NCBI GenBank assembly: GCA_049999805.1
Contig: JBNGIO010004533.1
Span: 1 to 35,639, forward strand
Origin: Folioceros fuciformis
Taxonomy: Eukaryota
DNA: 35,639 bases
Direction: 5' to 3'
Shown here: positions 31,842 through 35,639 of the stretch, in pieces
Layout: every line of letters starts with the position of its first letter
Numbering within the stretch: the stretch's first letter is position 1
Made by a program: the position numbers and the translations under genes
Notes under the pieces: model-generated
Told to the model about the DNA's origin: nothing
The model's input: the letters and a program-made list of their open reading frames with translations, nothing else
Databases searched by the model: none

Positions 31842-33624
31842 ACAGATGTTTAACCCTAAAGGTCTTGTGACTACACAACGGGAGTTGATGCATGTTGCAG
31901 TCTAAGGTGCTCGCATGCGCCAAGATCTACGATCGCAAGTAGCGGAGAAATGGTGGCTTTCGGGTACGCACGCGTACGTACAAGCTACTATGCAAACAAT
32001 GTACCTAGCTCTGCCAGAAAGGCAGGCAACAATGGCGAGGGACCAACTGATTCATTTCTCCACCTCACCAGCTCCAGTGCGTCGCGTGACATAGAGACCG
32101 GTTTCGGGGCCTGTCCACTTTCATGTTTCATGTAGGGACCGGTGGAAGAGGTTTGCCAATCCGGGAGGTTCAACGGATTTGCCGCCACTCCGGTTCTGTG
32201 CGTCCGAACTCCACTACGTTTGGAGCTAGGTTTCGGTCGAGCTCGGGCTCCGGACCATGTGAAGCTTGGCTGCGCAGGCCTTGCCGCGGCCGCGACGATC
32301 GGTGTTAAAGCCTATGGAGTCACAGCTTCAGATTTGGAAGTGCCGAGGTTTGCCAACAAGAGCGCCGCGAAAGATTTGGCCTCGGTCATGCCTACGCCTG
32401 GTCGCGACTGATTTTGATTTGCTCCTCGCGAGCGCCGTGTGTTAATTTCACAGGGAGAGAAAGCACTGATCGGATGGAAGAAACAGATCTCGTCCATGTG
32501 CAGGCGCCCGCGCAATATGATGCTTGGGCCGCCGCTTGGCCTGTGATGCGAAGTAATGTGTGTACTTCCCTCCGTACGCTCTCGCTTACGACATGTAGGC
32601 CGGAAGCGCCGAGACAAGGTTGTGCACCGCAGGCGGGGTGATCTGCGGTCAGGCAGGAGGTCTGCCCATGTGACGAGATTCATGTCCCATATTGTGTATC
32701 GTGACAAGCATGTCCGTGGCTTCCAGAGGTTGGAGCTCTCCTCTACCCTTATCTGTAACTTTTTGGCTTCGAGGAGCCAAATCTTAGGTGCAGGAATGAA
32801 CGTCTGCCAGGAACAAAGGGCGTAGCACATGCAGGATGCGACACAAGCTTAGCTCAAGACGTTTACTCTTGGCATTTCCAAGGTGGAAGTGGGTGAACTG
32901 CCTGCCGACGGCATCTACCACTGCTGTGGTACCCCAAGTAATGCCGCAGAGACCGGTTGCCCACCTCCACCGCCAGGGCTTTTGTTCAAGAACTGTGGGG
33001 TCGGGGGCCAACGATTTCCGTATTCGCCTCTTCAGCTCAGCTCCAAAAGTGACTTTCTCACGTAGCGCTTTTCGGCTTGAGGACATAGCCTTCTGGTCTT
33101 CTGGTGTAGGGCTTTCCTGGGACAGGCCAAAAGAGTCCTCCTCTCGGATCTTGCCTCCCATGTGTAACCCGTTGCGACTTCCCAGGCCGATGCATGTGAG
33201 GCACCATAGTTCAGGTGTACGGCGCACATGGATCCTAAAACGAAGATTATTACATGTACGTACATTATACTGTATACATACAGTATATGCGTGGGCCTAG
33301 CTTTCGGCCCTCGACTTGTTTTGGGGGCTTTCTACCTTGGGATTTTTATCGCTTATAAGGAGAAAAGCTCTGATCTATGAAGTCACGAACTCGAGACAGG
33401 GGAATCGCCCTCAGGTTTGGTCTACGGAGGGTACAAACACGGTCAGTTGTTTTTTTCTCCATCGTATGTTGTATGGCAAATATTTCATGGCATCTTCTGA
33501 TTGGTTCCATGTCTATAATTTTTCTTCTCTTCTAACACCACACTAATTAGGAACACACAAGCTTTGTTTTTCACCCCAATTCTTTTTTCCCCTTGACACA
33601 CACGCAAAACTTTGGTTGATTGTT

Positions 33625-33825
33625 TCTCCCAAGGATGACCATGATCGTCCTTGTAGTTGGTTTAGTGTGTTTTGCACTATAACTTTGGTTGTAGTTCCCC
33701 AGGATTGCCATGACCTTCCTTGTGGTTTCTTTAGAGCATTTGTGCTGTAATTTCCCTTGTAATTTCACAAGGATTGCTCTAACTTTCCTTGTGGTTGCTT
33801 TAGGGCATTTTGCACTATACATGAG
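33625..33825. repeat. Degenerate tandem repeat of about 69 bp (3 copies)
   Basis: Recurring CAAGGAT..CCTTGT(A/G)GTT..TTTAG blocks at about 33630, 33700 and 33768. Confidence 0.75.
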
Positions 33826-35089
33826 CAAGTGCAAGATTTGAGTGGGCGTTCTTTAAGAACTATCCTCAATGCTTTGCAATGATATCTTACAACAGATGTG
33901 CACAATGTCTATACATAGTGTGAAGGTGTGCAAGGTTTTTACGTCCTCAAGTTCACGGCCTTGTTTTTTTATGTCCTTAAGTTCATAGAATTCTTTAAGA
34001 ATTGCCCTCCATGCCTTGCAATTATACCCTGCAAGAAGATGTGTCTCATCTCGATGCACAATGTAGAGAGTGCAAGTCCTCAAGTTCACCTTGCACAAAT
34101 GGGGATTGCTAGGTTTTCTCCAAATTTTCCTTCACCTTGGAGGTCTCAATTGAGACATGCAAGGGGGATGAAACAAGATGGATGGCCTATTAAAAAAAAT
34201 TGTCAAAGAGTGGGTCTAATGGGCTCCATATCCACTTACCAATTAAGCAACAGTTGCTTTTCATGTTATTTCTTGCTAGGCGTACAAATTGCAATTGCCC
34301 ATCACAAGTGGTGTCATTCACTTACACACCCAAGGCACCCTTGGGTGAGCAAGCTGCAAGGTTTGATTGGACGTTTTGATCTCATCTCAAGTTGCCTTGT
34401 AAATGGCCTTAGAGTTTGCAATTGTAGAGTATTATTGCTCATTGCAGTTACAAATTTCCTCACATGTAGGAGTTTTAGATAGATGTGGATGACAGCCTTT
34501 TACATTATAGTTGAGAATCGTAGTTGCAAGTTACTTTACAAATTGTACACATTGCCTTGCAACTTACCTTCCACATAATCTAGCAAATTGTAGTTCTAAC
34601 GTAATGTCAATAACTTGCAAAACATCTCAGCTCCAAAAATACTGTTAAATTATGCTTAAATTTTTTCTTGTCCTGCTACAATTTTATTGCGCGGAGCTTG
34701 CCTGTTCATAATGAACGGTGTCGTTACACGGGACAGTTTTATAAAGCCGGAATATGTTCGAGGGTCCCATCTTCTATTCTAGTTAGTTTCTTTACTTTTC
34801 ATAATACGTCCTTTTAGGGTTCCCGTGGCTTAAAAAGGTTGTGAAGTTCCGGGGGGCACGTTCTAAAGAAAAAGTACTTTCCCGAGGTTTCCGCTATTAT
34901 GGCGGGAGAAAGCTCTTTGTGAAGGAGAGCCTGTTTTCTCCTTTTGGTGCGCTCCGAGCTTACCTTTAGGATTGTTATGCACTGAATGTCAGACTGGTAA
35001 AAACTCACGGCCACCGATGGAAGGCCCTCAATAGGTAGGGAGCTCTGCTGCAGCCTGGCAGTCTCCAGCCTGAAAAACATGAGAAAGCT

Positions 35090-35639
35090 GATGATACCTC
35101 GCCTCCAGACGGTTCACACGTCGGGGACGGAACAACACTGAATGAACGAAAATAAGACGAATAGAATGAGTCGAAGAGCTACGTAGCTACGAATCCTTGT
35201 TGAGGAAGGTGCGTAATCAGAGCAGACTGAGAAGACAAGGGAGAGACAGACGCAAGTGGACGATGGAACAGACCTCTTTGGAGGAAAAGAAACAGCCAGT
35301 CAGGAAGATGAGCACAACCTCGGATGCAGCAGCCTGCGGGATATCCCAACAGTTAGAGCAGTCTTGTTCTACCAAGAATCTCTACCTGCTGTAGCGTAAG
35401 GCCGCGGAGAAAGCCTAGAATGGCTTTAACATCATCCACGTGCATGCATCGTCATCGTGGACATGTCGGGAAGCAAAAAGCCTGTGTCTCACTAGCCCAG
35501 GGCTTCACAGTTTTCCTGTTCGAAAGTTGCTCCTCCTCGCGGCCGCAATCCACCTCCAAATCAATGATGCGCCGAGGCACGATTCCCAAGCATCTTCCTT
35601 AGCCAAGCCAAGGAATAGCATACCGATCACGGCCTAAGG
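35090..35639 (-). pseudogene. Decayed partial duplicate of the DnaJ72-like gene and its upstream region
   Basis: Collinear matches to 30476-31247. An exon 1 copy reads MHVDDVKAILGFLRGLTLQQ (ATG 35445, GT donor retained). Upstream blocks TAGCCCAGGG.TTCACAGT.TTCCTGTTCGAAA and TAGCCAAGCCAAGGAAT are shared. Most of exon 2 is absent. Confidence 0.85.

Noticed and set aside
31950..33300. ORFs of 147-172 aa on both strands
   Set aside because: No recognisable motifs or convincing splice structure, so a gene call cannot be supported.
33290..34770. Possible terminal inverted repeats flanking the AT-rich island (GGCCCTCGAC versus GTTCGAGGGTCC)
   Set aside because: The match is short and imperfect, and no target-site duplication was found.

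Overview
This is gene-dense eukaryotic nuclear DNA with short GT-AG introns. It most likely comes from a seed-free land plant; hornwort or lycophyte is an inference from the compact introns and the PLS-PPR expansion. From left to right: (1) a decayed non-LTR retrotransposon on the minus strand, running off the left edge, with zinc-knuckle ORF1 and an APE endonuclease/RT ORF2. Its motifs look Tad/I-like rather than plant L1/RTE, and it has tandem repeats plus a compact structured element at its 5' end. (2) A TMEM120/TMPIT gene. (3) A GEX1-like nuclear-fusion gene. (4) Four PLS-class PPR genes that all end in E1-E2 plus a PG-box stub with no DYW catalytic core. (5) A class III peroxidase lacking the distal Cys44-Cys49 disulfide. 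(6) A METTL18/HPM1-like methyltransferase. (7) A small DnaJ72-like gene, with a decayed partial duplicate at the right edge that has lost its HPD exon. Several minisatellites and a CpG-poor island also occur. I found no prokaryotic-type system and no CRISPR array. The best leads are the LINE clade identity with its 5' RNA structure, the DYW-less PPR cluster with 36-aa P motifs, and the atypical peroxidase.
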